DNA of 64,000 bases from Gemmatimonadales bacterium (GTDB lineage: Bacteria > Gemmatimonadota > Gemmatimonadetes > Gemmatimonadales > GWC2-71-9). The translations under genes were made by a program, and so were the position numbers. The stretch covers positions 6,351-70,350 of the forward strand of contig DASSYA010000020.1 of the NCBI GenBank assembly GCA_035703525.1. Direction: 5' to 3'. Every line of letters begins with the position of its first letter. The first letter of the stretch is position 1. The notes below the pieces were generated by a model. It did no database searches, was not told the origin of the DNA, and saw only the letters and a program-made list of their open reading frames with translations. Shown here piece after piece: positions 1-9,102 of this stretch.

Positions 1-416
1 TCCGTCAGCCAGTCGTGTTGGGCCTGCATCCCCGGCGGCGTCTCGACGCGTCGCACCGCGCGCACCGGCGGGACGCCGCGCTGGCGGCGCAGGTAGCGCA
101 CCAGCGCCGGATAGCTGCCGGTGTACCCGTGATCGCGCACCAGCGCCTCGAACACCAACTGCCCGCTCACCGGCCGGCCCGGCGGGGCCGTCGGCGCGAG
201 CCCCACCAGCACCGCCGTCACGGCGGCCTCGTACCCGTCCAGCGCCGTCGCCTGGCCGGCGCGGCCGTCCCGGGCCCCGGTGGCGAGACGCTGGCGCCGA
301 TATCGGAGCGCCCCTTCGGTCACCCCCAACTGGGCGGCCCCATCGCGGCCCGACACGCGGCCCGCGCGAATCAGTTCATCCATCAGCACGATCTGCTCCT
401 GACGCAGTATCGTCAT
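1..416 (-). CDS. istA: IS21-family transposase IstA, N-terminal part (open to window edge; absent from ORF track)
   Basis: Manual translation MTILRQEQ...HGYTGSYPALVRYLRR...RRVETPPGMQAQHDW shows the IstA motifs GYxGSY and ETxPGxQAQxDW. Confidence 0.85.
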   Translation of the reverse strand, partial: MTILRQEQIVLMDELIRAGRVSGRDGAAQLGVTEGALRYRRQRLATGARDGRAGQATALDGYEAAVTAVLVGLAPTAPPGRPVSGQLVFEALVRDHGYTGSYPALVRYLRRQRGVPPVRAVRRVETPPGMQAQHDWLT

Positions 417-508
417 ACCCAACTCCGGCGGCCCGAGGGAAGCCGAAGGGTGCGGTCACGGACCACACCGGGCGAGGTCAGGTGCGTAAATCTGGGTGAT
501 CGCTGGCA
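1..508 (-). mobile_element. IS21-family element, left end (continues beyond window)
   Basis: Minus strand begins TGCCAGCGATCACCCAG at 508 (TG-start, IS21-like end), immediately followed by an istA-like ORF. Confidence 0.75.
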
Positions 509-865
509 CCGGCTTCAGACTTTTTTTCTGAGCGCCTCGCTCAGCATGTGCTTGTCCAGCGTCAGGTCGGCCACCACCTGTTTCAGCCGCCGGTGCTCAT
601 CCTCCACCTGCCGCAGGCGGCGCAGTTCGCTCACGCCCAGATGGGCGTACTTCTTCTTCCAGGTGTAGTAGGTGGCCTCGCTCACGCCCAGCTGCCGACA
701 CACATCGGCGACCGGGGTGCCGCCTTCGGCGAGCCGCAGGGCATAGGCGATCTGTTCCTCGGAAAACTTCGAGCGCTTCATGGGTCACTCCCCTATCCGT
801 GGCTAGGGACGGCAACTCGAAGCTACTCTAGTTCTGACCTGCCCAAGTTCTCGGGGGAGACGTCA
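509..865 (-). mobile_element. IS3-family element (left end + orfA), interrupted at the start of orfB by IS21
   Basis: Putative IRL TGACGTCTCCCCCGAGAACTTGGGCAG from 865; orfA; A7G frameshift motif at 527-520. Confidence 0.85.
515..781 (-). CDS. IS3-family transposase OrfA
   Basis: MKRSKFSEEQI...VCRQLGVSEATYYTWKKKY...LRKKV, typical HTH + leucine zipper. Confidence 0.95.
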   Translation of the reverse strand: MKRSKFSEEQIAYALRLAEGGTPVADVCRQLGVSEATYYTWKKKYAHLGVSELRRLRQVEDEHRRLKQVVADLTLDKHMLSEALRKKV

Positions 866-882
866 CGCCCGAAGGAGGGGAT

Positions 883-981
883 ATGAGGAAGTCACGGTTC
901 ACGGAGTCCCAGATTGTCGCGGTGCTGCAGGAGGCGGAGACGGGGGTGGGTCAAGGCCAGTATTCGCCACCGCAGGGCTAG
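883..981 (+). pseudogene. Truncated second IS3 OrfA fragment
   Basis: GGAGG RBS then MRKSRFTESQIVAVLQEAETGV; similarity lost after about 22 codons, stop at 979-981. Confidence 0.8.
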
Positions 982-991
982 TTTGGCCGCG

Positions 992-1555
992 TCACAGCGA
1001 TAGGTAGGTATGAAGCGCGATGTGTGCGTCGAATCTGCCCACCAGTGCCGGCCACTCGCCCACATCCAGTGTCATCTCCCCTTCCACAAACTCGACTACC
1101 GCGCCTTTCATCTGATCTACCCCATCGAGCAAACCGTAGACGACGTCAGCGCACAGGAACTGCGCCCGGACGAACGGCGCTCTTGCCTCAGAACCGAACC
1201 CCACCTGGAGGGTCGCCGGGACCGGAGCGGCACGCGATGGGATCTGAATATCGACCACGACGAAGCAGGGTCCGGTGGTTTTGACGTCTAGATCGTACGC
1301 GATGCTCCATGCGAATCCAGTCCCATCCGGGGCCTTCGCCTCGGCCCGCCAGGTCGTGTCGCGAGTGCCGGTCGCCTGGAACCAAGTCTTACCATCGTGA
1401 ACTGCCGAGAGCGTCAATCGATTGTCCTCGAGGAACTCGATGTGCATGGTTCCGAGGTCACGCACTCCTTCCCTACAGCCACCAAGGAGGGCAGAGCAAA
1501 CCCCGATGGTCCAGACTGCCCACCCCTTCCAGATCCCTCGCTGGCACCGGATCAC
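992..1555 (-). CDS. Hypothetical lipoprotein
   Basis: Lipobox-like LLGGC; GTGA overlap with the upstream gene stop. Confidence 0.6.
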   Translation of the reverse strand: MIRCQRGIWKGWAVWTIGVCSALLGGCREGVRDLGTMHIEFLEDNRLTLSAVHDGKTWFQATGTRDTTWRAEAKAPDGTGFAWSIAYDLDVKTTGPCFVVVDIQIPSRAAPVPATLQVGFGSEARAPFVRAQFLCADVVYGLLDGVDQMKGAVVEFVEGEMTLDVGEWPALVGRFDAHIALHTYLSL

Positions 1556-3960
1556 GGTTGAGTCGCGACCAAATTCCAGCCCCTTGTCTCGCGGATCCCC
1601 CCTGTCATATACAGGGTTGCCCCCCCTATAAGGCCGCCTCCTGGCTGGATACTAAGTTGTACGGTCGCATAGGAAGCGGGGTCTGAAAACTCTGGCGTTG
1701 CCATATTGAATCTCAATTGGTAGGTGGTGCCGCCCGATCCGATACGGGCGTTCAAGGCAGGAACCGAGTATGTTGTCCCGTTGTAGCGATAGCTGATCGT
1801 CCCTCCCGTCACTACGAACTCCCCAAGCGGTGTGACCGAATCCACTTGAGCGAGCCCGCTTACCCAGAGCGAGTCCTCTGTGAGTGGATAGATGACGCTC
1901 CACTTCCCAGAGCGACTCCCCGTGGGCAACACGTTCGGGACAGGTCCGACCACAAATGGGAGTGAAGCGGTGAGCGTCCCGGAACTTCCGAGAATGGAAG
2001 CTGAGCCGTGCGCGACAGCTCGTACCAGGCGGTTCGGTAGCACGTTGGCAACAGTCGAGTCGGTCGACGCTATCGCGATGGTTCTGCCATACAGCCTGCG
2101 CCCGTTGAAGTTGTTGACCGTGAAATAGAGCCACGGCACGAACTCATCTCCACGGTAGAAAGATGGGGACGTCGTCCATGCCGGGAGCAACGCTCCCGGC
2201 TCGCACTCTCGGCGAATATGCTCGACGCTGCTCAAAAGACGTGCGACAGACGCCGGATCTTTCAGGTACGAGTTCACCAGATCGTGCGACTTCATTCCAT
2301 AGCTGATTCGATTGACGAACTGCTTCAGGGGGGAGGCCCCCGTGTTCGCGCTGTCCAGCTCGGCGGAGAGCACGGTGGTGACTCTTGGTTGGAAGGAGAG
2401 CGCTGCAACCAGGTCATGATTCACCGCATACTCGTCAACCTGGTTGATGGGCAGGCCCCAGTCACCACTCCCAGGGCCACCGAGTCCGATGGCCCCAAGG
2501 CATACTGAGTCACGGGTCTGCTTGTATCTATTGCTGAACACCAGCTCCTGAACCGCCTCCCGGGCTATCAGCATGCCTTGCGAGTGCCCGATCACAGTTA
2601 CATGTGGCCCTCGATCGCGGATCGACTGTAGGGTGTCTGCCAACTCTAAGCTGATTGCCCTAGGCGGGATCAGTACGGGAGGAAGGAGGCGACGGAGGAT
2701 CTGAGATGTTGCCTCGGCAAGATCGTTCTCATCCAAGGTACCGCCGACGAGCGGGATGCAAAACCGAATGACCGCAGCAGTGACCTCTCGCGTCGACCCT
2801 CCAGCGGCCATCCTTCGAACGCACTCGTCATAATTCCCAGTACTGAGCGGATTTGAAGGGTTGTAGAATGCCCTTACACTGACGGCTTCCGGAGCTTCCA
2901 GTCCACCAAAGAGTTTGGTGGCAGTCGTGACAGCGGCTGTGAGCGCGGACGATACTGTCCAGATCCCATTAACGAGTACGACCTCAGTTGGCTCACCGAG
3001 GGATGGACTTGGCCGCTGTGACCGGAAAGCGCCTACAGGAGACGGGCTCACATCCAACATAGCGCCGGCCAGAAGGCTGTCGATATCAGCCATCAGCGCG
3101 GTTTCAGTTGCCGGATTAAATGAGAGACGCCCGACCTGACTCAACACGGAATCCGCGATTGACGGACTTGAGGCGAGCGCGAAGTCGAGCATATCGGTTA
3201 GCAGTGATTCAGCAGCAGCCACGGGATCGGAGCTTCCCGCGATGGCACGGAGCTGGGTGATGAAGGTCTGCGACTGAGAGAGCACGACCTCCGGCGGGTA
3301 GAGGCCGACGGCTGTGAGGACGAGGACGTTCATGGATGAGTCCACCGTCAGGCTACCCGACTCGCTATCGTAGCCACTCCCTGGCTGGCGGTTGCCATTG
3401 ACGTATACAGCTACCGAGTCCGAGCCATCTCTTGCGCCCGTCCACCATTCAACCAACTGACCGACGACCACCGAGTCGGAGTGAATCGAGCTCCACCAGG
3501 AGGCCCCGTCCCCGACCAACACCCTGAAAGGAATACGTCGGTCACACGCTGGAGCCTGGCCCGACCGATCTCCACTGGCGACCGGGGACAGGGTATCCGT
3601 CGCTGGGCTCAGCTTATGAAGGCCAACGTAATTTGCGGTCGAGGGCACCGGCAACCTGGTGAATCCAGGTCCACTCGCGGTTCGATTAGGAACCCGAATC
3701 GTGTCCGTTGCAATGATGATGGAGGAATTCCAGCTACTCCGCGCTTTCCAACGGTAGAGGGTGCTGTCACCGGGTCCCGACAGGTCATTCTGAATGACGA
3801 AGGTGTTCGAGCACTCATGGGTGATCCACACGTCGGGATCCGCCACTACTCGGGGGCTCTCGCGATCGTTCGTCGGATCGGTCGGCAGGCGATTGGAACA
3901 GCCGATGGCTACGAGCAGAGCGCAGAGCGCAAAGAAAGTGCGGGCGAAGAAGGCTCTCAT
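1552..3960 (-). CDS. Large lipoprotein with alpha/beta-hydrolase (GHSQG) domain and Ig-like (Big_2-like) segment
   Basis: Lipobox VAIGC; VLVNGIWT, VIGHSQG, HDLV, SHDLVNSYL; STDSTVANV...AVAHGSASI. Confidence 0.75.
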   Translation of the reverse strand: MRAFFARTFFALCALLVAIGCSNRLPTDPTNDRESPRVVADPDVWITHECSNTFVIQNDLSGPGDSTLYRWKARSSWNSSIIIATDTIRVPNRTASGPGFTRLPVPSTANYVGLHKLSPATDTLSPVASGDRSGQAPACDRRIPFRVLVGDGASWWSSIHSDSVVVGQLVEWWTGARDGSDSVAVYVNGNRQPGSGYDSESGSLTVDSSMNVLVLTAVGLYPPEVVLSQSQTFITQLRAIAGSSDPVAAAESLLTDMLDFALASSPSIADSVLSQVGRLSFNPATETALMADIDSLLAGAMLDVSPSPVGAFRSQRPSPSLGEPTEVVLVNGIWTVSSALTAAVTTATKLFGGLEAPEAVSVRAFYNPSNPLSTGNYDECVRRMAAGGSTREVTAAVIRFCIPLVGGTLDENDLAEATSQILRRLLPPVLIPPRAISLELADTLQSIRDRGPHVTVIGHSQGMLIAREAVQELVFSNRYKQTRDSVCLGAIGLGGPGSGDWGLPINQVDEYAVNHDLVAALSFQPRVTTVLSAELDSANTGASPLKQFVNRISYGMKSHDLVNSYLKDPASVARLLSSVEHIRRECEPGALLPAWTTSPSFYRGDEFVPWLYFTVNNFNGRRLYGRTIAIASTDSTVANVLPNRLVRAVAHGSASILGSSGTLTASLPFVVGPVPNVLPTGSRSGKWSVIYPLTEDSLWVSGLAQVDSVTPLGEFVVTGGTISYRYNGTTYSVPALNARIGSGGTTYQLRFNMATPEFSDPASYATVQLSIQPGGGLIGGATLYMTGGIRETRGWNLVATQP

Positions 3961-4355
3961 TGGGGGCTCCGATGTCAACGAAGGCAGCATTACAGCCTAC
4001 GGGGCACTCCGACAACGACTTGGTTCTCGAAGGGTGGGCTTGGTCAACGGGCGACATCCCAAAGTCGCCCGGGAATCCAGAAGATCAAATGGCCGCAAGC
4101 CAGACCGGCTCGACACGCGATTCCGCCTCTCGACTCAATGCTACATCGCTTTTCAGAAAGCACCACTTGACTTGTGCTAGTATCTGCGGTGCCGCCCAAA
4201 GACCTGGCCCGATCCGTGGACCTCCCTCGGAGTTTCCCCGTCGGGCGGGGAGGCCAAATCATCAAAGCGCTTCCCACCCTGGACGTCGCGCGCCCGAGCG
4301 ATTCGCCATAGGCAATCCGGTCTCGGGACCACCGGGCCTGACCTTCGGCCGAGGC

Positions 4356-4379
4356 CCTTCCGCAGTTCCTTCCGCAGTT
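4356..4379 (+). repeat. Tandem 12-bp direct repeat CCTTCCGCAGTT x2, possible integrase arm-type site
   Basis: Exact tandem copy about 105 bp inside the att core. Confidence 0.5.
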
Positions 4380-4483
4380 GAATCCGACATTCTGCCCTAT
4401 CCATCCCCCTCCGATAAGGCAGGTTGCCCGGTCCAGCCCTGATTTCACGGCTGTTGGCCCCTATCGGTAGGTTTTGGTATTTC

Positions 4484-4527
4484 GCCTCCGGAGCAAGAGG
4501 TCGCGCGTTCGAATCGCGCCGGGCCCA
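4484..4527 (+). other. 3' half of tRNA-Arg(CCG), probable attR of an integrated element
   Basis: GC-CTCCGGA-GCAAG, T-arm CGCGC-GTTCGAATC-GCG, acceptor 3' strand CGGGCCCA; no D-arm or 5' acceptor strand upstream. Confidence 0.8.
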
Positions 4528-4534
4528 TGAATAC

Positions 4535-4607
4535 AGCGAGAAGGCGAGACAGCGAGAACGCGAGCGAGCGCCGTCATTGCGAGGACCCGGAGGGCCCGAA
4601 GCAATCT
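4535..4607 (+). repeat. GCGAGA-type short repeats plus half of a GTCATTGCGAG...GAAGCAATC REP-like element
   Basis: Same motif as 8963-8995. Confidence 0.65.
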
Positions 4608-4688
4608 CGTGGCCAGCCCGGGAGTGCAGCTCCTCGTGTCGCGAACCAAACCGCGGGCTGATGCCCGCGGCTCGGCCGCCTCCTCGCG

Positions 4689-5774
4689 TTACCGCCCCAC
4701 GCACATCGTCCGGAGCGGCACTCCCAGTTTCGACAACGCCCGGAACGGCAACTGCCGAACGCCGGGATTGGTCGTCAGCCGGATCACCGTCCCGACCACC
4801 GTCGACCAGTGCCGCTTGTAGGACTGGTCGCCCCAGCCGAAATCGTAGCGCTCCGATCCGCGGGCAATCGCACGATCCACCGCCGCCGCGAGCATCAGCG
4901 CCCCCGGCGCATGCCTGCCCCACTCCAGCGCGAAGCAGGTGCGATAGGCCCAGGTGTGCTGATCGCTATGGAAGAGGATGTACGCCGCGATGGGGGTTCC
5001 ATCCCCCAGTCGAAGCGTCCCCACGTCTGCCCACCCTCGGGGCACCCACTCCGCCAGCAGCGCCTCGAGCGCCTCGTTCACCGTGGTCGAACTGAAGTGG
5101 TTGGCTCGGCCCCGCCGGGCCAGTTGGTCAGCATGCAGCGTGCTGAACTCCCGGAAGCCGGCGCGGGATTCGTCGGCCGTGCCGGCCCAGTGCACGTCCC
5201 AGCCCAGGGTGCGCGCCAGCCTCCGACCGGCGCGGCCGATCTCGCGTCGCTGGTGACCATCCAGAATCACCGCCTCCCACGAGGCTCGCCCCCGGAGATC
5301 GGCTTCCCGAAGCGGGCTCGGCAGGTCGAACAACCACGCCTCCCCCAATTCGGCGAGCAGTGGATCCGATCCGGGAATGCCACGCACCCGAACCTGGAGA
5401 CCACGCCCCACCAGGCGGATCAGGTGCGCCGCGAAGGCGCGACTGACCCGGGTGGTCCATTCGGCATCGGCCAGGGTGGTCGTGAGGTCATGGCGGTGCA
5501 GACTGACCGAGCGGAGCGTGGACATTCGCAAGGGCCCGAACCGCTGCTTCATCTGACCGAGCGCGAGGATTCCTCGGAGAGCGCCATCACCTGCGGCACG
5601 GGCGGTCAGGATCATGGGACACGATTCGCCCGCCGACATCGCAACCGATGCCGCGACGAAGTCCGGGTGCTCGAAGGGAGTCGACCAGCCCCGGCGCGTG
5701 AGCAGCCCGAGCCACTCTGCCCGGAGGGCAGGGCTCATCGTCTCGTGCGTCTCCACGGTGCAGTGATCACTCAT
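4689..5774 (-). CDS. GNAT-family N-acetyltransferase (CelD/BcsL-like)
   Basis: APGALML...YDFGWGDQSYKRHW C-terminal signature. Confidence 0.8.
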   Translation of the reverse strand: MSDHCTVETHETMSPALRAEWLGLLTRRGWSTPFEHPDFVAASVAMSAGESCPMILTARAAGDGALRGILALGQMKQRFGPLRMSTLRSVSLHRHDLTTTLADAEWTTRVSRAFAAHLIRLVGRGLQVRVRGIPGSDPLLAELGEAWLFDLPSPLREADLRGRASWEAVILDGHQRREIGRAGRRLARTLGWDVHWAGTADESRAGFREFSTLHADQLARRGRANHFSSTTVNEALEALLAEWVPRGWADVGTLRLGDGTPIAAYILFHSDQHTWAYRTCFALEWGRHAPGALMLAAAVDRAIARGSERYDFGWGDQSYKRHWSTVVGTVIRLTTNPGVRQLPFRALSKLGVPLRTMCVGR

Positions 5775-6045
5775 TGGCCGCTCACGGTGCGCAGGATCAG
5801 GAGGCTCCGTCCGTATCCGAATGCAACTCTCGCGCCGCACCCCGAAAGCGAGCGCGCGAGCGGACGACTGCCAGGCGTCTGCCCGCGCGCTACCCCAGCC
5901 GCTATTGCGCCCGGCCGATCCCCACCGCGATTGCCGGATCGACCCCCGCCTCCGCCTCGAAGGCGGGCCCGCACCCCACTGGCCGACGTGGGGCACCGAC
6001 ACCAGCGACCTTCTCTCCTTCCCTCTTTCTCGCTGTCTCTCTTTC

Positions 6046-6720
6046 CTACTTCTTCACCCCGAAATCGGCGATGTGCACGTCGAGGTTGTGGTTGAGCCGA
6101 AGCCCGGCGATGCCTGTGGTGGAGAAGTCCGGGATCTCGCTCGCCTTGAGGGTCTTGACCTCGGTGCCGTTGATCAGGAAGTGGAGCATGTCACCCTGGA
6201 CCCGGATCGCCAGCGTGTTGCTCGCGGCACCGGTGGATGCATCCTCCTTGTGGACGGCGGAGCTCTCGGTGTAGGCCACGAGCGAGGTCGGCGGCGCATC
6301 GCTGGTGCGATGGTTGATCAGGAACTTGCCGCCCTGCGCGTGGACCACCATGTAGACGTAATTCTGCTTGGCCCCCTGCAGATCGTTGCCGCCGATGAAG
6401 AGACCGTAGGCTTCGTGGCCACTGCTCTTCGCCTGGCTGATCGTGGCGCTGACGGTGTAGTTGCCGCTGGCGCGGTCCGCCGTCCGATAGTAGAGCGCCG
6501 CCGGCCCGGACGTCAGGTGCCAGCCTGGCCCCATCGCCCGGAAGTTGACGGCGGTCGTCGGCGGTACCGGGCCACGACGCGGCGGGTCGAATCGCAGCAT
6601 CCAGCCGTCGGGGAGCCCGCTGCCCTTGACGCTGGTAGTGGGGTCGTGGTCCTGCGCGGCGACCAGCGGTGGCGTGGCCACGAGGATGCCGAGGGCGAGG
6701 ATGAGGTGCGTTGCACGCAT
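6046..6720 (-). CDS. Secreted hypothetical beta-rich protein
   Basis: Signal peptide, GGAG RBS, coherent codon usage. Confidence 0.75.
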   Translation of the reverse strand: MRATHLILALGILVATPPLVAAQDHDPTTSVKGSGLPDGWMLRFDPPRRGPVPPTTAVNFRAMGPGWHLTSGPAALYYRTADRASGNYTVSATISQAKSSGHEAYGLFIGGNDLQGAKQNYVYMVVHAQGGKFLINHRTSDAPPTSLVAYTESSAVHKEDASTGAASNTLAIRVQGDMLHFLINGTEVKTLKASEIPDFSTTGIAGLRLNHNLDVHIADFGVKK

Positions 6721-6894
6721 GAAACACTCCTTCTGGAGATGACACGAGGGACCGTCCGTACCTTGGAAGATACGTCGATCGGGACACGGCTCCGGCTAGA
6801 TTCGTCCTGACGGACCGAGAGACGAGCCATCACCCGTACCCGAGCACGCGTGCACCCAGATTCGAGCACCTCGACCCTCAGTGTGACCGAGGGG

Positions 6895-7524
6895 ATGCCG
6901 ACGCCTCCGCGACCCTCGCCCCCGACCGTGCCGGCATGGTTCTGGTCGGCGGTGCTCGGGGCCGTGACGGTGGCCTGCGGCCTTGGCTGGGTCCTGACAC
7001 AGCAGGCGCCGCTCCTCTGGGGACTCGTCCCCTACACCATGCTCGGCAATTCACTCGCGATGATCCCGTACGACTGGTACCTGCCGGCGATCGTCCAGCA
7101 TCAACCGGCGGCGATGGCCGTGGCCGTGGCGACCACCGCGACCGTCCTGATCGAATTCTGGAACATGGATGTCCTGGCACGGCTGTTGTCGCGCGAGGGG
7201 ACCGCTGCCTTCCGCGGTCATACGGTCACCACCCGTCTGCTCGGGTGGTATCGGAAGGCGCCGTGGTGGACCCTCGTCATCGCCGGCTTCGCGCCGGTGA
7301 TTCCGTTCTATCCATGCCGCTTCCTCGCCACACTCGCGCGCTACCCGATGTGGCGGTATCAGGCGGCAGTCGTGGTTGGTCGGTCCGTGCGCTACGCGGC
7401 GCTGGCGGGTGCCGGCCTGATCCTGCCGATTCCCCCGATTGCCTACTTCGTGGTCGGCGCACTGATGCTCGGCTTCTTCGCGGTGAAGTACCTGCAGCTC
7501 CGACGCCGCGCGCGCACCGCGTGA
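6895..7524 (+). CDS. VTT/DedA-like membrane protein
   Basis: Hydrophobic; PVIPF...GRSVRY motif. Confidence 0.7.
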   Translation: MPTPPRPSPPTVPAWFWSAVLGAVTVACGLGWVLTQQAPLLWGLVPYTMLGNSLAMIPYDWYLPAIVQHQPAAMAVAVATTATVLIEFWNMDVLARLLSREGTAAFRGHTVTTRLLGWYRKAPWWTLVIAGFAPVIPFYPCRFLATLARYPMWRYQAAVVVGRSVRYAALAGAGLILPIPPIAYFVVGALMLGFFAVKYLQLRRRARTA

Positions 7525-8912
7525 CGCGCGCGCTCCTGCTCCTGATCGATGGGCTCCGCGCCGATGTCGCGGAGTCGGAACTGGCGGCCGGCCGCCTGCC
7601 GCACCTCCAGGCACTCACCACGCACGGTGCCCGGCGTCGGGCCGCCACCGTGTTCCCCTCGACCACCTCGGTGGCCTACCTCCCGTTCCTGACGGGTTGC
7701 CTCCCGGGCCGCTGCAACGTGCCGTCGATTCGCTGGCTCGATCGGACGCAGTATCGGGGCCGATGGTGGCAGGACCGCGAGGCGGTGCGGAGCTACTGCG
7801 GCTACCAGGCCGGGCGCCTCGACACCGACATCGCCCCCGAGATCCCGACGATCTTCGACCTGGTGCCCGAGAGTGTCGCAATCTTCTCGATGATCACGCG
7901 CGGCCTCCGTCCCGACGCCGACCGGATCCAGGGCGCGCGCAAGTTCTGGGGCACGGTCTCACACTACACCGAGAATCACCAACCGGGCGACGATGCCGTG
8001 GCGAGGGAGCTGCTTCGGTTGACCCGCACCGACTGGCGCTTCGGCTTCGCGCAATTCCCCGCGGTCGATGGGCACACCCATGCCGCGCATCCGACCGCCC
8101 CACGGGTGCTCGCCTCGCTCCATCAGGCCGATCGCACGATCGGTGAGGTGATGCGACGCCTCGACGACGACACCCTGCTCCTGGTGGTGAGCGACCACGG
8201 CGCGGCACCCGTCACCACCCATCTCGACCTCGCGACCTGGTTCCGGGCACGCGGCGCACGGACCCTCGCGCACCCGGTCCTCTGGACCCGGGACCCCCAG
8301 GTCGCGGTGATGGTCGCCGGCAACGCCCAGGCTGCGCTCTACGCCGCACCCGGCTCGACGCGGACCACCCGACTGCCCTGGCCGGCGGCTCGACTACCCG
8401 GGGCCTTCGGCATCGCCGGCGATGTGGTGGGCATGCTGCTCGAGGAACCGGCAGTGGCGCTCGTGGCCGGCGAGGCCGCCGATGGCATCGTGCACGTCGC
8501 CTCAAGGGGGGGGGAGGCCACCCTGCATCGCCGACCCTCGACCATCGACTATCAGCCGGTGACCGGCGACCCGCTCCAGCTCGGTGGCGCCCGGTCGCTC
8601 TCGCCGGCCGAGTGGCTCGACGCGAGCCTCGACACCCCCTTCCCGGATGCCGCCGTCAACCTGATCGACCAGTTCCGTTCCGCGCGCACCGGGGACCTCG
8701 TGATCGCCGCCAGCGAGGGGCACGACTTCCGGGAGGCCTGGGAGCGACCCGAACACAAGTCAGGGCATGGCTCCCTGATCGCCGCGCACATGCTCACCCC
8801 CCTCTGGTCGAATCGCCCGCTCCCCGATCGCGCCTTCCGGACCGTCGATGTCTTCCCACGCCTGCTCGAGCATCTCGGCGTGCCGGTGCCGGAGGGGATC
8901 GACGGCGACTGA
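7521..8912 (+). CDS. Alkaline phosphatase superfamily (nucleotide pyrophosphatase/phosphodiesterase-like)
   Basis: LLIDGLR, VFPSTT, VDGHTH, VSDHG, GHG motifs; GTGA overlap. Confidence 0.85.
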   Translation: MTRALLLLIDGLRADVAESELAAGRLPHLQALTTHGARRRAATVFPSTTSVAYLPFLTGCLPGRCNVPSIRWLDRTQYRGRWWQDREAVRSYCGYQAGRLDTDIAPEIPTIFDLVPESVAIFSMITRGLRPDADRIQGARKFWGTVSHYTENHQPGDDAVARELLRLTRTDWRFGFAQFPAVDGHTHAAHPTAPRVLASLHQADRTIGEVMRRLDDDTLLLVVSDHGAAPVTTHLDLATWFRARGARTLAHPVLWTRDPQVAVMVAGNAQAALYAAPGSTRTTRLPWPAARLPGAFGIAGDVVGMLLEEPAVALVAGEAADGIVHVASRGGEATLHRRPSTIDYQPVTGDPLQLGGARSLSPAEWLDASLDTPFPDAAVNLIDQFRSARTGDLVIAASEGHDFREAWERPEHKSGHGSLIAAHMLTPLWSNRPLPDRAFRTVDVFPRLLEHLGVPVPEGIDGD

Positions 8913-9101
8913 AGCGAGAAGCGAGAAGCGAGAAACGAGAATGGTGAGACGTGAGGTACACCTGTCATTGCGAGCCCTGAAAGGGCGAAGCAATCCCGCG
9001 GCCTTCCACGGTATCCGGTACCAGATTGCTTCGGCGCTCCGCGCCTCGCAATGACATCGATGGTCGTTTCTCGCTTCTCGCTTCTCGCTTCTCGCTTCTC
9101 G
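8913..9101. repeat. Composite repeat: (AGCGAGA)x4, REP-like palindrome TGTCATTGCGAG...CTCGCAATGACA (8963-9056), inverted heptamers
   Basis: Directly visible between convergent stop codons. Confidence 0.85.
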
Positions 9102-9102
9102 G

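Noticed and set aside
1..514. IS3 orfB continuing after the frameshift site
   Set aside because: The -1 frame stops after about 20 codons and the downstream ORF has IstA motifs instead
4000..4450. Integrase gene or remnant beside the att site
   Set aside because: No tyrosine-recombinase R-H-R-Y motifs recognisable in the listed ORFs
4450..4527. Complete tRNA-Arg gene
   Set aside because: No 5' acceptor strand or D-arm and the anticodon stem is mismatched; only the 3' half is present
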